Shown here piece after piece: positions 50,995 to 63,701 of a stretch of 64,000 nt of DNA. The notes under the pieces are model-generated. The model was not told where the DNA came from, searched no databases, and saw nothing but the letters and a program-made list of their open reading frames with translations. The stretch's first letter is position 1. Each line of letters starts with the position of its first letter. Made by a program: the position numbers and the translations under genes. The stretch comes from Patellaria atrata CBS 101060 (taxonomy: Eukaryota), in the NCBI GenBank assembly GCA_010093705.1, contig MU006090.1, positions 1,887,817-1,951,816 of the forward strand, given 5' to 3'.

Positions 50995-52753
50995 CTACTC
51001 CTCTTCAACGGGAGCCTCCTCATCGTACTCCTCCTCGCCCTCGGAGATAGAGGCCTCTTGGTATTGCTGGTACTCGGAGACTAGATCGTTCATGTTGCTC
51101 TCAGCCTCAGTGAACTCCATCTCGTCCATACCCTCTCCAGTATACCAATGCAAGAAAGCCTTGCGACGAAACATAGCAGTGAACTGGTCACCAACACGCT
51201 TGAAAAGCTCCTGGATGGAGGTAGAGTTGCCGACGAAGGTGGAGGACATCTTGAGACCGCGTGGTGGAATGGAGCAGAGAGCAGTCTGGACGTTATTGGG
51301 GATCCACTCAACGAAATAGGACGAGTTCTTGTTTTGCACATTACGGACTTGGTCCTCAACCTCCTTCATGGAGACCTTGCCACGGCTAGATTGATGGTTA
51401 GTAAGAGTGATTTGTGAATAAATAAATGTGACTTACAAGATAGCAGAGCAAGTGAGGTAACGACCATTTCTGAAATCAGAAGCAGCCATCATGTTCTTTG
51501 GGTCGAACATTTGTTGAGTCAACTCTGGGACGGTGACAGCACGGAATGAGTAAGCACCACGACTGGTGAGAGGAGCGAATCCAACCATGAAGAAATGCAG
51601 ACGAGGGAATGGAACCATATTGACAGCCAATTTTCGGAGATCAGAGTTGAGCTGACCAGGGAACCTGAGACAGGTAGTGACACCGGACATGACAGCGGAG
51701 ACGAGATGGTTCAAATCGCCATATGATGGGTTGTTAAGCTTAAGAGTCCTCATGCAAATGTCATAGAGAGCCTGAGATGGTTAGTTTATGGTACACCTTC
51801 GTATATTTATTTGCATACCTCATTGTCAATGCAGAAAGTCTCGTCAGAGTTCTCAACGAGCTGGTGAACAGATAGAGTGGCGTTATAAGGCTCAACGACA
51901 GTATCTGAGACCTTTGGAGATGGGACAACGGAGAAAGTCGCCATCATACGGTCTGGGAACTCCTCACGAATCTTGGAGATAAGGAGTGTACCCATACCGG
52001 CTCCGGTACCACCACCAAGGGAGTGAGTAATCTGGAAACCTTGGAGGCAATCGCATCCCTCTGCCTCACGACGCACGACGTCAAGGACCTGGTCCACTAA
52101 CTCGGCACCCTCAGTGTAGTGGCCCTTAGCCCAATTATTACCAGCGCCAGATTGACCGAAAACGAAGTTGTCGGGACGGAAAAGTTGACCGAAAGGGCCA
52201 GCTCGGACAGCATCCATGGTACCCGGCTCCAAGTCGACGAGGACGGCACGAGGAACGAACTTGTTGCCAGATGCCTATGTATGTTAATATATAAGGTATA
52301 GCTCTTTGAGACTGTGGACGTGCCTCATTGAAGTAGACATTCATACGTTCCAATTGAAGGTCAGAGGTGCCATTGTACCTAGTTGGAGTCAGTAATTGTT
52401 ACGCGTGGGTAAAAAGGTGATTGAGTCGAAGAGCAACGCACACTCCTGATCCATCAAGACCATGTTCTCCGGAGATAATTTGCCTGTTGACAGTTCAGTG
52501 TTTGTTTGCAATATGGTTTTGTTGGAGCCTAAAGGGGCGTACCAGAACGCAGCACCGATTTGGTTACCCTACATTCAATCAGCAAAACCATCATAGAGCA
52601 AGAGAGATTTTAGTTCTTACGCATTGGCCGGTTTGAAGATGGACCTAAACACCAGAAAGCTCGAGTTAGCAAATTTCTACAATTGTTGTTGTGCAGGGTT
52701 TGTCGCGTGAAAACAGTGGAGAGCGGGGAGAGTAAACATACAATTTCACGCAT
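50995..52753 (-). CDS. TUB2: Beta-tubulin, 8 exons
   Basis: [30 protein letters not shown] signature, [11 protein letters not shown], acidic tail [15 protein letters not shown], and the typical Pezizomycotina 5' intron pattern. Confidence 0.98.
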
Positions 52754-53251
52754 GATGGTAGAGTGTTAGAGTATGAATTGATGAAGATGAAGCTGGTGAT
52801 TATGGAGCTCGTTGGGGAATTCCAAAGTATGTGAGAAGAGAGGTAGAGGTCGAGGTTAGAGTTCTGTGGATAAGAAGTCTGTGGTGTGGAGTTGAGGATT
52901 GGAAGGAGAGGGGGATAGCGGTGAGAATGCAGGCACTAGGCTTGGCAATGCACTGGGCGGCACAACTAACTAAACGATAGCGCGTCTGTGCTCAGAAATA
53001 TCATTGCAACTCACTGCCACTTCACTATATAAAAGTGCTCTTATACAGTAGTGAAATACTCTCAAGATTTGTAGGTCAATTGAGGCTCCCTAATTCTTGT
53101 TCTGCCTTTGTAGCTACCTGTTCGTTGTTGTCCATTTCCATGCAAGCTAAGACGTAAATATTCAGACGATCTCATACATACATTGCAGTCTCTATGCTAA
53201 TCATCGCCTTATCATCTGCTTAACATTCAATTCTCAACGCTCAATTAGAAC

Positions 53252-55221
53252 ATGATCCAATCTCGTCTCGAGTCTTACTTCCAATCTACCGCATGTAAAC
53301 CACCACGTTGTCCATTTCTCAATCTTCCAGCAAGCGTAAGACGTCAGGTCTACATCGACGCTGGCTTAGACACTGGCGAATCTTTGAACCTCAATCACTC
53401 CTTGGACTTGTTTGGACCAAAATGTTGCGCCAGATATCTAATACCCAGGGAAGAAAGAGATCCTAGGAATACCCCTATAGTACGGAGACACCGCAACTTC
53501 CAACTCAAATCGCAATCCATGATTATCAGCCTTTTGCAGGTATCACGTACGGTGCACGATGAAGTAGAGCAGATCCTGTATTCCGAAAATCGGTTTGCCC
53601 TCAGTATGGAACTCCATGGTCTCTCTGTAATTGACCGGATGAGTACCAATGCTTTACTAGCTCTAAGAAACATCACTATACGCTTAATCCCTTGCGCATG
53701 TACAGGACTGCCCCCATGCGACTACTATGATTACATGAGGAGTATGACCTCAATTATGATCGAAAGCGTGCTCTCAGGCTCGATCGCGGAGTTGTGTTTC
53801 TGACAGAAGATATGCGGCACTACCCGAGCACACTAGACCATTTTCAAATGTTCATCTCAGAGCATTCGATACAGTCATCCGGTCTCATAGGTGTACGCTT
53901 GTACAGCTGAAGAGATTTATATCTCGGCTAGCTGGTCATCCAACGAAAAAGCGCCTCAGTCTCCATGTCGTGTGTTATGCCAAGAATCTCAATACAGCGA
54001 AGGTCGCAGAATGCTTTGACCTGACGCCACAACTTCGAGAATTTAGGATTACATTTGGACCTTGTGACAACATTAAATTCAGGCAGTTAGCTACTGCAAC
54101 AGTTCGGCAGGTAACTTCCAAGGGTAATTTAACCAACCACTTCAAGTTCTTTAATCTTCCCTCGGAGCTTCAATTACAGATATTGGAGCATGCTATTCCA
54201 CCTTAGGTACCTAAGCGTCGTTATTCCACATGGATGCATCATCAAGACGGTTCCAGTCCCGATTCATCACCACACCCTCCAGGTCTACTCTTCGAAGATG
54301 TTTGACCCAGAGTCGATTGTCTTCCGAACCAATACACCCAATGTTCGGGTGACTTGCACAGATACTTGTATTGCAATTGGACGGAGCGATACACCTGGGA
54401 GGAAATATATCATTCCTCCTACTTCTACTGCGAACATCTCGGTGCAATGGGATTAAGGTGTAGGTGTATAAGATTCCCTACTCCATACTTTCTCGTTAGC
54501 AAAGCTTTCAGTGCTCTTGCTCTGAAGACCTTCTGGTCAAAAAGTCACTTCGGTATCAAGATGGCATCGAACCGGGCATCAGATCATCCTCCCCGTAAAT
54601 ATCCACTAGAACTCATGGAGGAAGAAACGTTACAAGCGATCATTACCATTCTTAATCTTTTTGAGATCCTACCACCGTTGTCCGTTTGCACGATAATAAA
54701 ACTGACGGTAGTTTTCGGTCTCTAGGAAGATGTCATGTTGGCTTTCGAGCATAACTGTGGACTTAAGAAGTGGATAAAATGATAGAATCAATAAAGAAGA
54801 AAATAGACCTACCTACATTGACGCTTGTGTTACACCTTGGTATCAGGTATCGCTATTGGGACGGAGGAATTGGTCATTTAGAAGTTCCCATCGGAATCAA
54901 TACTCATCAAGATTATATGATAGAAAAGATATACAAAGAGCGTTTGCAGCCCATTACTGTCCTAGGTACGCTCGGCCTGAGAGCCTCCTACGTATATACA
55001 CCTCCTCCTCTCTCTCCGCGATTTATTCTATGAAAGAAGCCGATAAATTGGAAAACGAGCCTAAAGCGGGAGCCGGAGAGTTGGAACTAAAAAGGTCCGT
55101 TATGGGTCCAACCTACAATCCATATGAGAAGGGCAAGGCCATAAATTGCCCTTTCCGGGCGAAGTTCATGGAATTGATTCTCTCATGGTTGCGATATAAG
55201 CACGTCAGCTATCTTTCTTGA
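53252..55221 (+). pseudogene. Disrupted gene of the fungal tandem F-box-like (PFL.LP.E.R..I) family
   Basis: Two F-box-like motifs (CPFLNLPASVRRQVY; FKFFNLPSELQLQILE), each followed by an LL.VS/FLVSK...FYS.N.F-type segment. Broken by a frameshift near 53755-53800, in-frame stops TAG 54204, TGA 54303 and TAG 54723, and further frameshifts; no rescuing introns seen. Confidence 0.68.
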
Positions 55222-55646
55222 GAGTACATACACCGTTCCATGTTGCTTGTACACTTATCTTGAAGCTACCGGAATCTGATCTGCTCGAGATGGTATTCCC
55301 TATCAATCAACATATTATTATATCCTTCTTTGTCAGTTCCGCTCTTTTCGGTTGTTTTACAATATTCTTCAAAGATACCAAGGCACTATTATCTCTCGAT
55401 TGAGATGAGAAATCATTACTGGCACTGCTAGTCAGAGAGATCCTCTATCAAACCATATACAGTTACCTACGAGCTCCTTCGCAATCAGTGGGATATGGCA
55501 TATAGTACGAATTGGTGGAACAACATCTCTCGCAAGAAAAACAATTAACAGAAAAGGCCGTATCCTGTAGTTCGAAAACTCAAAACCAGGGGAGAGCAAG
55601 AATAAATATCACTGTCTTTCACATATGAAAATCTATTATTCTTTCT

Positions 55647-56837
55647 CTATATATTTTTCTTCACGGTTCCGTTCTGCACCGGTGTCGAAGAAACATCATA
55701 TCTTCTTTCTATATTCGGTAAAGAGGTGAAAAGACGAGGCCAGACGAGCTCGAACTCATCTTGTCTCCCGTTCAAACAATGCCGCAGCCAAATTCCCCAG
55801 ATGATGTAGAAGTAAGCACCAGTCCCCGTCATTAAATGCCTAGATTCATCATACGTCAGATATAAGTTAGAACTGCGTGAATGAGAGTGCTTACCACCAT
55901 CCATGACCCTCTAGCAGGATGCCCCACGGCAACCCAACCTCTCTCCGCCACTGTCGCAGCTTACCGCAATATATATTATCCAGATTCCAAATCGCAAAAC
56001 CTCCAAGGAATATCGCCAAACCATATGCCACCATCATCCACATATTCCTCAAAATCTTCTCGTCTCTTATATCTTGCCTAGCTCGTTCGGTGCTCGATTG
56101 CTGTGAGGGCGCCACTACGCCGTTCAAATGAGCTGTTTTCTCCTTACTCTTCTTATTCAACGCTGGGCGGATATTTATCTCCATGATATACATGCTCCGG
56201 AAGAGAACGATGGCCGTAAGTACTGCATAAGCATTCTGGTGAAAGGTCGGATCTTGTAAGTAGTGATAATACAGGCTTATACCGAGGGCGATGGTGATCA
56301 GGAAGCAGCCTAGAGCGACTGAGTAGGCATGGGATTTTCGGTGGGAAAAGGTGGCGTAGAACATGAGGCAAGTGGTGTAAATCATGGAGAGTTCGTCGAC
56401 GAGCTGCATGGGATCTAAGGGCGTATGGGTTATCCCATGGCACGTCAAACATTGCTCACTACTTTTTCTTGTATATTGATTTTGGTATAGGAAGTACGTA
56501 CATTTGAGTGTGGTATGAAATAAAAAGCTTCCCGTTCCAACGAGAAAGTATCCAACAAATGCGACTAGGAATATTTGGTCATGGTCGTTTCGTATACAGC
56601 TTCTGGCGCCCCTTATGGCTAGGAACATAAAGAGAAGATTCGTCAGGGTATTTATTATCTCCGCTGAATATATGGTCGCATAGTAGTCCTGTTGTAACAT
56701 TGATTAAAGCTCCTGTTGACACGAGATGGTTATGGGGCTTCATGTACCTCTTCGCACCAGTTAAGTGTCGAGGTTACTGGAGACCAGTAACCATCCTGCG
56801 CAGGAGGATATGCAATGAAAGGGAGATTCATGCCCAT
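55647..56837 (-). CDS. Alkaline (phyto)ceramidase, YPC1/YDC1-like (CREST superfamily), 4 exons
   Basis: GYWSPVTSTLNWCEE|DY...AEIINTLTN, GSFLFHTTLK|YPMQLVDELSMIY, WNLDNIYC, LEGHGWW|HLMTG. Confidence 0.93.
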
Positions 56838-57305
56838 GACAGTAAGGCAGTATAGAAAAACTTTGTAGGAGACCTCAAAACGCGTGTGTTTAAGGAAGGC
56901 GAATGTTAGTTCCTGGCTACTGTACTCCGATGAGTTGAGCCGGGAGTTTCAAGATCGGATTCAAAAGGATAATTTGTATGCTATCATACTCTGCGCGTAT
57001 ATTTAGCTTCAGATGACTTTCTGGATATAGTAAACTAGCGGTAGTTTTATAGATTTAATCTCAATAAACGAGAAGGTCAATATAAAAAGGTACAAAGAGC
57101 TGATAAGTAGAGACGGGAATCTTTAAGCACACAAACACGGCATCGTCATGGAGCTTGGCAGATCAACAGGGTCTTTCAAGCGAGGAGCTGCTTGTCCTTT
57201 CTCGTCCGTCACATGCTGCCTGGGCACGTTCTTTCTTTTCTCTCGTGCCCTGGCGAGGAATATTCAAACGTTGTTTAACAACATCAATCAATCTGCGAAG
57301 TAAAG

Positions 57306-57827
57306 ATGTCGATTCCAAACGAAGCCTTACAAAAGGTAAGCAGATTATTCATACTCAAAGCGTCGCTACCTCCCTAGTTCTAATCGTTAATATCGGAATT
57401 CGTAGCTTCTTCAAGAAATTGAGCAGAAGGCAGCATTCTCCCAGCAGCAAATCCAGATAGTCAAGGCCCAGATTGCGGCGAAGAACCGTGAGAGCCGCAT
57501 GGTACAGTTGACCTCCAGCGAGCTCAACACCCTACCGAAAGACACAAACGTCTATGAAGGTGTGGGTAAGATGTAGGTTCTACATTTCATTTCTCTTATC
57601 ACTCATGTAACCTACATGATGTCTCCTCCACATACCTGACTTGTCCTTTCGTCTTCAGGTTCGTCTTAAATCCTACAGAAGACGTCAAAACCCGTTTGGC
57701 AACTGAGACGAACGAGTTAAAATCCGATATTTCGAATCTGGAGAAGAAGCTTCACTATCTCGAGACTACGTACAAGAATAGTAGGGACAATCTTGAGCAG
57801 CTTTTCAAAGCATCCGGTTCGAGATGA
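57306..57827 (+). CDS. PFD1: Prefoldin subunit 1 (beta-type), 3 exons; missed by the ORF track
   Basis: MSIPNEALQK|LLQEIEQKA...ELNTLPKDTNVYEGVGKM|FVLNP...LEKKLHYLETTYKNSRDNLEQLFK. The VYEGVGKMF hairpin between two coiled helices is characteristic. Confidence 0.9.
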
Positions 57828-59393
57828 GACCTTGGATGCGATCACGGGATGATGATCTGGTTGGAGTTTATGAGGCTGTGTCTTGATAGATACCACCAGC
57901 CACTTTACGGGACGGTGCGATCTGCATCACATCCCAATTGAGTACTCTGTACATATCACTCGGGACGATAGAGCCTCCTAGAGAATAGGAGTTTATGTCC
58001 GTGGTACGGGTCGGAACGAGGGGAAGAGTTTATTTCAGCGACGGTGTTCTCTTTGACACCCGAATCATATGGAAGACGATTACTGATGAGAGTATTGAGG
58101 TATCCAATTACTGTTAGTCAATTCGTACTTTTGGCCCCCACTGCGCCATGTTTGGACTACCTTGTCATTGCTGCAAATGATATGCATGATACTGGTGATA
58201 GTGTGTGTTGGTGACGCACTTCCAGCTCCTGCAATCTTTACGAACATGTCAAAAATTGGAGAGGAGAGATGCAGATTCAAGAGTGCGAGTTGATGCGGTG
58301 ATAGATGTCACAAAGAACAGCTCATACCGACCAGGCGAGTATCTTGCACCCACGCCGCACGATTCGAAACTTCAGAGCGCTTCTGTCAATTCGTCGAGCG
58401 ACTAACAATATGCCATTATCCTATGGATTGATGATCGCTTTTACTTTCATGGTGCAAAACAAAGAAGAGAAAATAGATGATTGTCCAGATGAAATGTCTG
58501 GAAACCGTCTACCAAAGATACACACATTCAAGCACTAATACCATATCCTAAAGAGGCTTTAGCATCAGGCTACAACAAGAATAGCACATCAGGCTTGTCA
58601 ACCAACTCTTTGCCCCACTGGACGGCTACCCACCGAGAAACTCAACTCTCAACTCCGTTAAGATAGTTCTACTACTGAACAAAAGGTATGGATTTTCGGC
58701 TTTTCGGATTAACAATACATGCAGTAAGAGGCTCTGCTCGAATGAAGCCTCTTATATCCAGCTCTACATGGTTTATCTACTGTGGCAAAGCTCGGATAGT
58801 TTGTCAAAATACCTTACAAGCACGGGCACAACCTCACAAAGGCGGTAAAGCAAAAGGGCGCGGCTGCAAAGTCCCCCCGATCTAGGCGTCAGCCTTCTTT
58901 TCATTACTACCGTTGCATGAGTGGTGGGTTGGCATTGGTCGACAGGGCCTCTGGACTTCTTCTGCATAAAAAGCTCCAAGAGATCGGCCCCAAACTCGCA
59001 GCCCACATAATAAGTACAAATCCACAGCCTTCAGCTGCCTGATTCCTACTGCAACATTTTCAATCACCTGTTTTTGACCCCTCTACTGCTTTGGTGAGTG
59101 AGGGATTGTGTCACTTTTCTCTCCTCTTGAAGTCATACGTCGCCATCTCGTGAGGCGCGGCTGTCTCAGTTCGATAGCGGCTTGGCTTTTTTTCGCTGAC
59201 TGAGCGTTGACTACTTGACTTGTTCCTCTCTTGAGTCCATCTCTAAGTCTTACTTCTTTTATTTCCCCACAAGTCCTCTACCATCTGCGTAGAATCTCTG
59301 TTATTGTTTGCTCTATTCAAGTTTGCTATTTCTGTCCTACATTGAATCACCAATACCACGACATATCCATACCCCGCCGTCAGGCCATCCATC

Positions 59394-61094
59394 ATGTCGC
59401 CAACCCCAGGAGGTTTCTGGGACTCGGAAGACGAATGGCACGAAGCGGGTTGGCACGCCCGCCATGTCCGTCCTCCTCCTAGCGCAAGAGGGTATACCGA
59501 ACGACAAACCCGACAAGAACGGGAACGCGAAACCCGCCGCGTCGACTATCTCGTCCCTGAAACCAATTTCCAAAGCGGGTCGCTTCATCGTTCCCGCTCT
59601 CACGGCCATGCTCCAGCTCCAAACATTCGGACCGACGGTCCAAACATTCGCATCCACTTGACCCAGGAATCCAGACAAGACGCTAAGAACGAGACTCCCG
59701 CGCCGCCTCCTGCCGCTCCGGAGCTTCCTGAGAGGAGAAGGAGTCCATCTAGAGGCCGTCATCGATCACATCGATACATCGATGAGGATGTCCTAGACGA
59801 TGAGATCGAGGCGGAGGTGCGGCGCCAGATGCGGGCTGAGTTTCGGTCGCGGTCACGAGGCCGGTCCGACGCGGGACACTGGCGTGAGCCAGAGCAACAA
59901 CATCCCAGTTACAGCGAATTTCAGCTGCAGCTAGCCCGAGACAGACTCAAGGAAGCCGACGCAAAGCTGCAGTGGGAGAAGGAAGAGGAGCTCATCAAGA
60001 AGCGCATGGAGCTAAAGTATATGGCTCAGAAAGCGGAGCGAGAGGAGGAAGAGGCGAAGTTCAAGGCCGAGGAGGAGAGGATTAAGAAGAAGTATGAATT
60101 GAAAGCGGCGCAGGAGGCGGCGAGGAAGAGGGACGAGGAAGAAGAGATGGAACAGATGAGACGACGTATTCTACTTGAGAACCAAGCCAAGGTTGCAAAA
60201 GCAGAAGCCGAAGCCAAAGAAGCCAAACAGCGCGCTGTGGATGAGTACGAGCGACGGAAAGCGAAGGAGGCTCAAGAAGCCAAAGAAGCTCGAGAACGCG
60301 TGATAGCGGAGTACGAGCGCAAGAAGGAGCGTGATGAGCGGGAGGAGCGCGAAGCCCAAGAAGAACTCCTCCGCAAGATCAAACGTCAAGAAGCGGAGAA
60401 GAAAGAAAAAGAAGAAGCGGCGTACAAAGAGTTCCTCCGCAAAGCGAAAGAAAAAGAAGAGGAAGAAAAGGCGAAGAAGAAGAAGCAGGAAGAGGAACTC
60501 GAGCAGGAGATGCGCAAACGCCTTGCCCAGTTCGGGTTTCAGGAGAATCAGATACAAGCCGTCTTGGACCCCGAGGAGGCGAAGAAACTGAGGCAGGGAC
60601 AGAGCCCCGCGAACGCGTTGCCCTGGCAGCCACAGCAGCCGACGTATGTCAAGGTGCACAAGGATCATTTGAGTGTCGATACTTTGGCGTATTATGATAT
60701 TCCGTGGGAATATGATCGCGTATGTTTTACCCCCTCCCTGTTTTCTTATCCCCTATAGCCCTTTCCCTTTTCAACCCAATAACCCCTCCTCCCCCCCTCC
60801 CCCCGCCCAAAAAAAAATACATAAACACACAAATAAATATACTAACACCCCACACAGACCAACCGCGACTACATCATCATCCTGCGCGAAATGGACAACC
60901 GCGAGACCGACATCCTCTTCGAGCATACGCGGCGTCTGCGCACAAGGGGCACGACCAGACTCCTGATCCAGGAAAAGGAGAACAAGAAACCGGATTATGC
61001 GTGGGTGCGCAAGAGGGCGAGTCCGAGTCCCGTACGGAGGACGCGCAGGAAGAGTTCGCCTAAGCGGGTGGGGCTTGGGGCGTTGTTGTTGTAG
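59394..61094 (+). CDS. Conserved fungal coiled-coil protein with a C-terminal PTY.KVH..HLS..TL..Y..PW domain (DUF8035-like), 2 exons
   Basis: Long E/K/R-rich helix, then PTYVKVHKDHLSVDTLAYYDIPWEYDR|TNRDYIIILREMDNRETDILFEHTRRLR across an intron at about 60720..60857. Confidence 0.8.
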
Positions 61095-61680
61095 GGGGTT
61101 GGGGATGTGGATTTTCGAGGGGTGGAGGGGAAGGGGGAGATATGGGGGTGATGACGATATGAATTGGATGATCGGTTGTGCATTTGAGGGGTGGGTTGGG
61201 TGTCTAAACCCCCCCTCCTCTCTTCCCTTCTATTCTATTTCTCCGCTTTCCCTTCTTTCGTTCTCTGAGTCTATCGGTGTTGAAGTTCCAGTTATCCACT
61301 CCCACCTATCATTTTTTTTTCCCACTTCTTTCATGTCTGGAGTTAGAGTTGATGATGTATGTATGCGTTTGAGTTTGAAAGGCAGTATCCGATACATTAG
61401 GTAGATATATTAGTCTTTAGTCTAATCTGGGATATATACTGTTACTGTGGAGTAGAGTCGATATGTATTTCCTCCGTGCGTGTATACGTCCATCGCTCAT
61501 GCCTGTACCCGTAAGGTACCTGTATATATACACCACCGCACACAAAAACAGCCGAGTAACGAGAGAAGACTCTCGCCGACGGATTCTCAACATCGTATCC
61601 CACAATATCTTCCCCTTGCCCCCTTTCACGCAACCTTCTTTCACGAAAATTCTCCCCACTTTCCACCATTCTCCTAACCC

Positions 61681-62862
61681 TCACACCCCACCCAACCTCC
61701 CCTCCGCCCGCCGGATCAACTCCTCATAAAGCATCCAAGCAAGCGCACTACTGACCGCCTTGCGCGCCATCCTGAGCCCAAGTCCGTCGAACACGCTGCG
61801 CAAGCCCTCCTCGCGCAGCATCATGCGCGCCGCTTGCACCGTGTTCCCGTACCGTTGGGGCATGAGCTGCAGCCGGGTCTTGATGGCGTCGAAGGGGTTC
61901 GTGAGAAGCGTTGCCAGTCCCGCGGCCGCGACGCCGGATGTGAAGTTTATGCCTGCGGCGGCTTTGGGGGAGAGTTCCGGATTCCCGTTTGCGTTCACGT
62001 TTTGTACTCCCCCCGGTGGGGATGGCGCGTCCAGGGGAACTGGTACATGATGGGTTGTGTGGGTTGTGCCCCTCGAGAAGACGGCGGAGAGTTCGCGCTT
62101 GGAGAGCTCGTAGAAGAGCACGTAGAGACCGGCGAAGGGCGCGTCGCGGACGGCGGTGGCGCCGAAGCCGGCGAAGAAGCCGCGGGGGCCTTCGGCGCGG
62201 AGGATGGTCATGAAGGCCGAGGGGAGGGAGGGGTAGGTGTAGAGGGAGGACTCGAAGCGGACTTTGAGGACTGTGATGGGCATTGTGACGAGGCCGGCGA
62301 AGGCGCGGGCCAGGCCGCCGGTTGTGAGGTTTGCTAGGGCGCTGAGTTTGGGCAGGGAGGAACTGGTGGCGGTGGGGTTAGGAGGGTGTGTGGGGTTGGA
62401 GGGCGTAGGCGAGGTTGGCCGGAGGAGGGCGGCGTGATGACGGAGCGCGTTGAGGGTGCTGAAGTAGAGGGCCGAGCCGAAGCCGGTGCGGAGGGCTGAG
62501 GGGAGGGTGCCGCGCCATAGGGCTTTTATGGGGTGTGGGGAGGAGAGGAGGGAGTGGATCGTTCCGCGGAGGGTTAGGTGCGTGGTTACGGTGCCGTGTT
62601 GTTGTAGGCGGGTTTTGAGGAGATCGGCGGGTTGGAGGAGGACTGCGGAGGTTAGACCTGAGGAGAGGCCGGCGAGGAAGTGGGATGCTGGCGTGGATTA
62701 GTTTGATGGTTGAAGAGAGGCTGTTTGGGGTTTGATGGTTGAAGGGAGGGTTTGGTGGAGAGGTAGATTGTTAGGGAATGAGATGGGAAGGGTACGTAAG
62801 GTATGTATGGGAGAGGATGGCTTACTGGAAGACGACTTGCGCTTTTGGCCGCCATTTGACAT
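61681..62862 (-). CDS. HEM25: Mitochondrial carrier, glycine transporter SLC25A38/Hem25 type, 2 exons
   Basis: [93 protein letters not shown]. The RT, RD and RK substrate contacts are typical of SLC25A38. Confidence 0.88.
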
Positions 62863-63562
62863 TGCAATTCTTGCATGTGAAGGGGAAAAGAACGAAACGA
62901 TATTATCTCTGTGATCCAAACATCTTGAGAGCAGCAGGTAAGATGGTTATAAAAGTTGTTGCTCATGGAGCTTCAGTTTTCGAAAGAGATGGCGGCTCGA
63001 ATTGGTGAGGTCATTTTGGTGAGGTGTGCACGGACTCTTTGTCGATGGATTTCACGTCTCATTAGGTTGGAATACAGAGACAACCGGTGAGTGTTAAGAG
63101 TCATTGGGTTCTATGCTTACGGTCTGCTAATATCTATTCCGCTAGTTCCGAGTATGAGGCTTGGATATGGAGATCAATACAGTGTAGTGGATGGGAGACA
63201 TCGGGGCGTACTGTACGGTACTGTAAGGTCCCTCACCGAGTCACTACTCAGAATCTCACCAGCTAACACACGCTGAATATATGAATTGGTGAAATTGAGG
63301 GTCACGCAAGGTGGCTGGATATCAGATGGCTGGATATCAGATGGTTGGGGACCAGGATAAGTGAGATGGTTGAGCAGGCAATACTATAAGATAGCACAGG
63401 CACCCACTCCAGATAGTTGACAATCAATGAACACTCTTACCCTTCTATCTACTACCTTAGCTCATACCTGTGTGGATTTTATCATGAATAGCACGGCATG
63501 TTATTAGGCTGTACGCGCTCCAGTTTGTACAGTACAGTACAGGCCAGGCGTGCAGAGATGGA

Positions 63563-63701
63563 GCCATCCAGTAAGGGCCATCCAGTAAAGGCCATCCAGT
63601 AAAGGCCATTCAGTAAGGGTCATTCAGTGAGGGCCATTCAGTGAGGGCCATTCAGTGAGGGCCATTCAGTAAGGGCCATTCAATGAGGACCATTCAATGA
63701 G
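63563..63701. repeat. 14-bp minisatellite GCCAT(C/T)CAGT(A/G)AGG x10
   Basis: Ten tandem units with few substitutions. Confidence 0.95.

Noticed and set aside
51807..51950. Benzimidazole-resistance substitutions in beta-tubulin
   Set aside because: F167 (MATFSV), E198 and F200 (SDETFC) are wild type.
49538..56837. Lipid-metabolism gene cluster (OPI3 plus ceramidase)
   Set aside because: Different pathways, separated by tubulin and a pseudogene; no shared regulator or motif seen.
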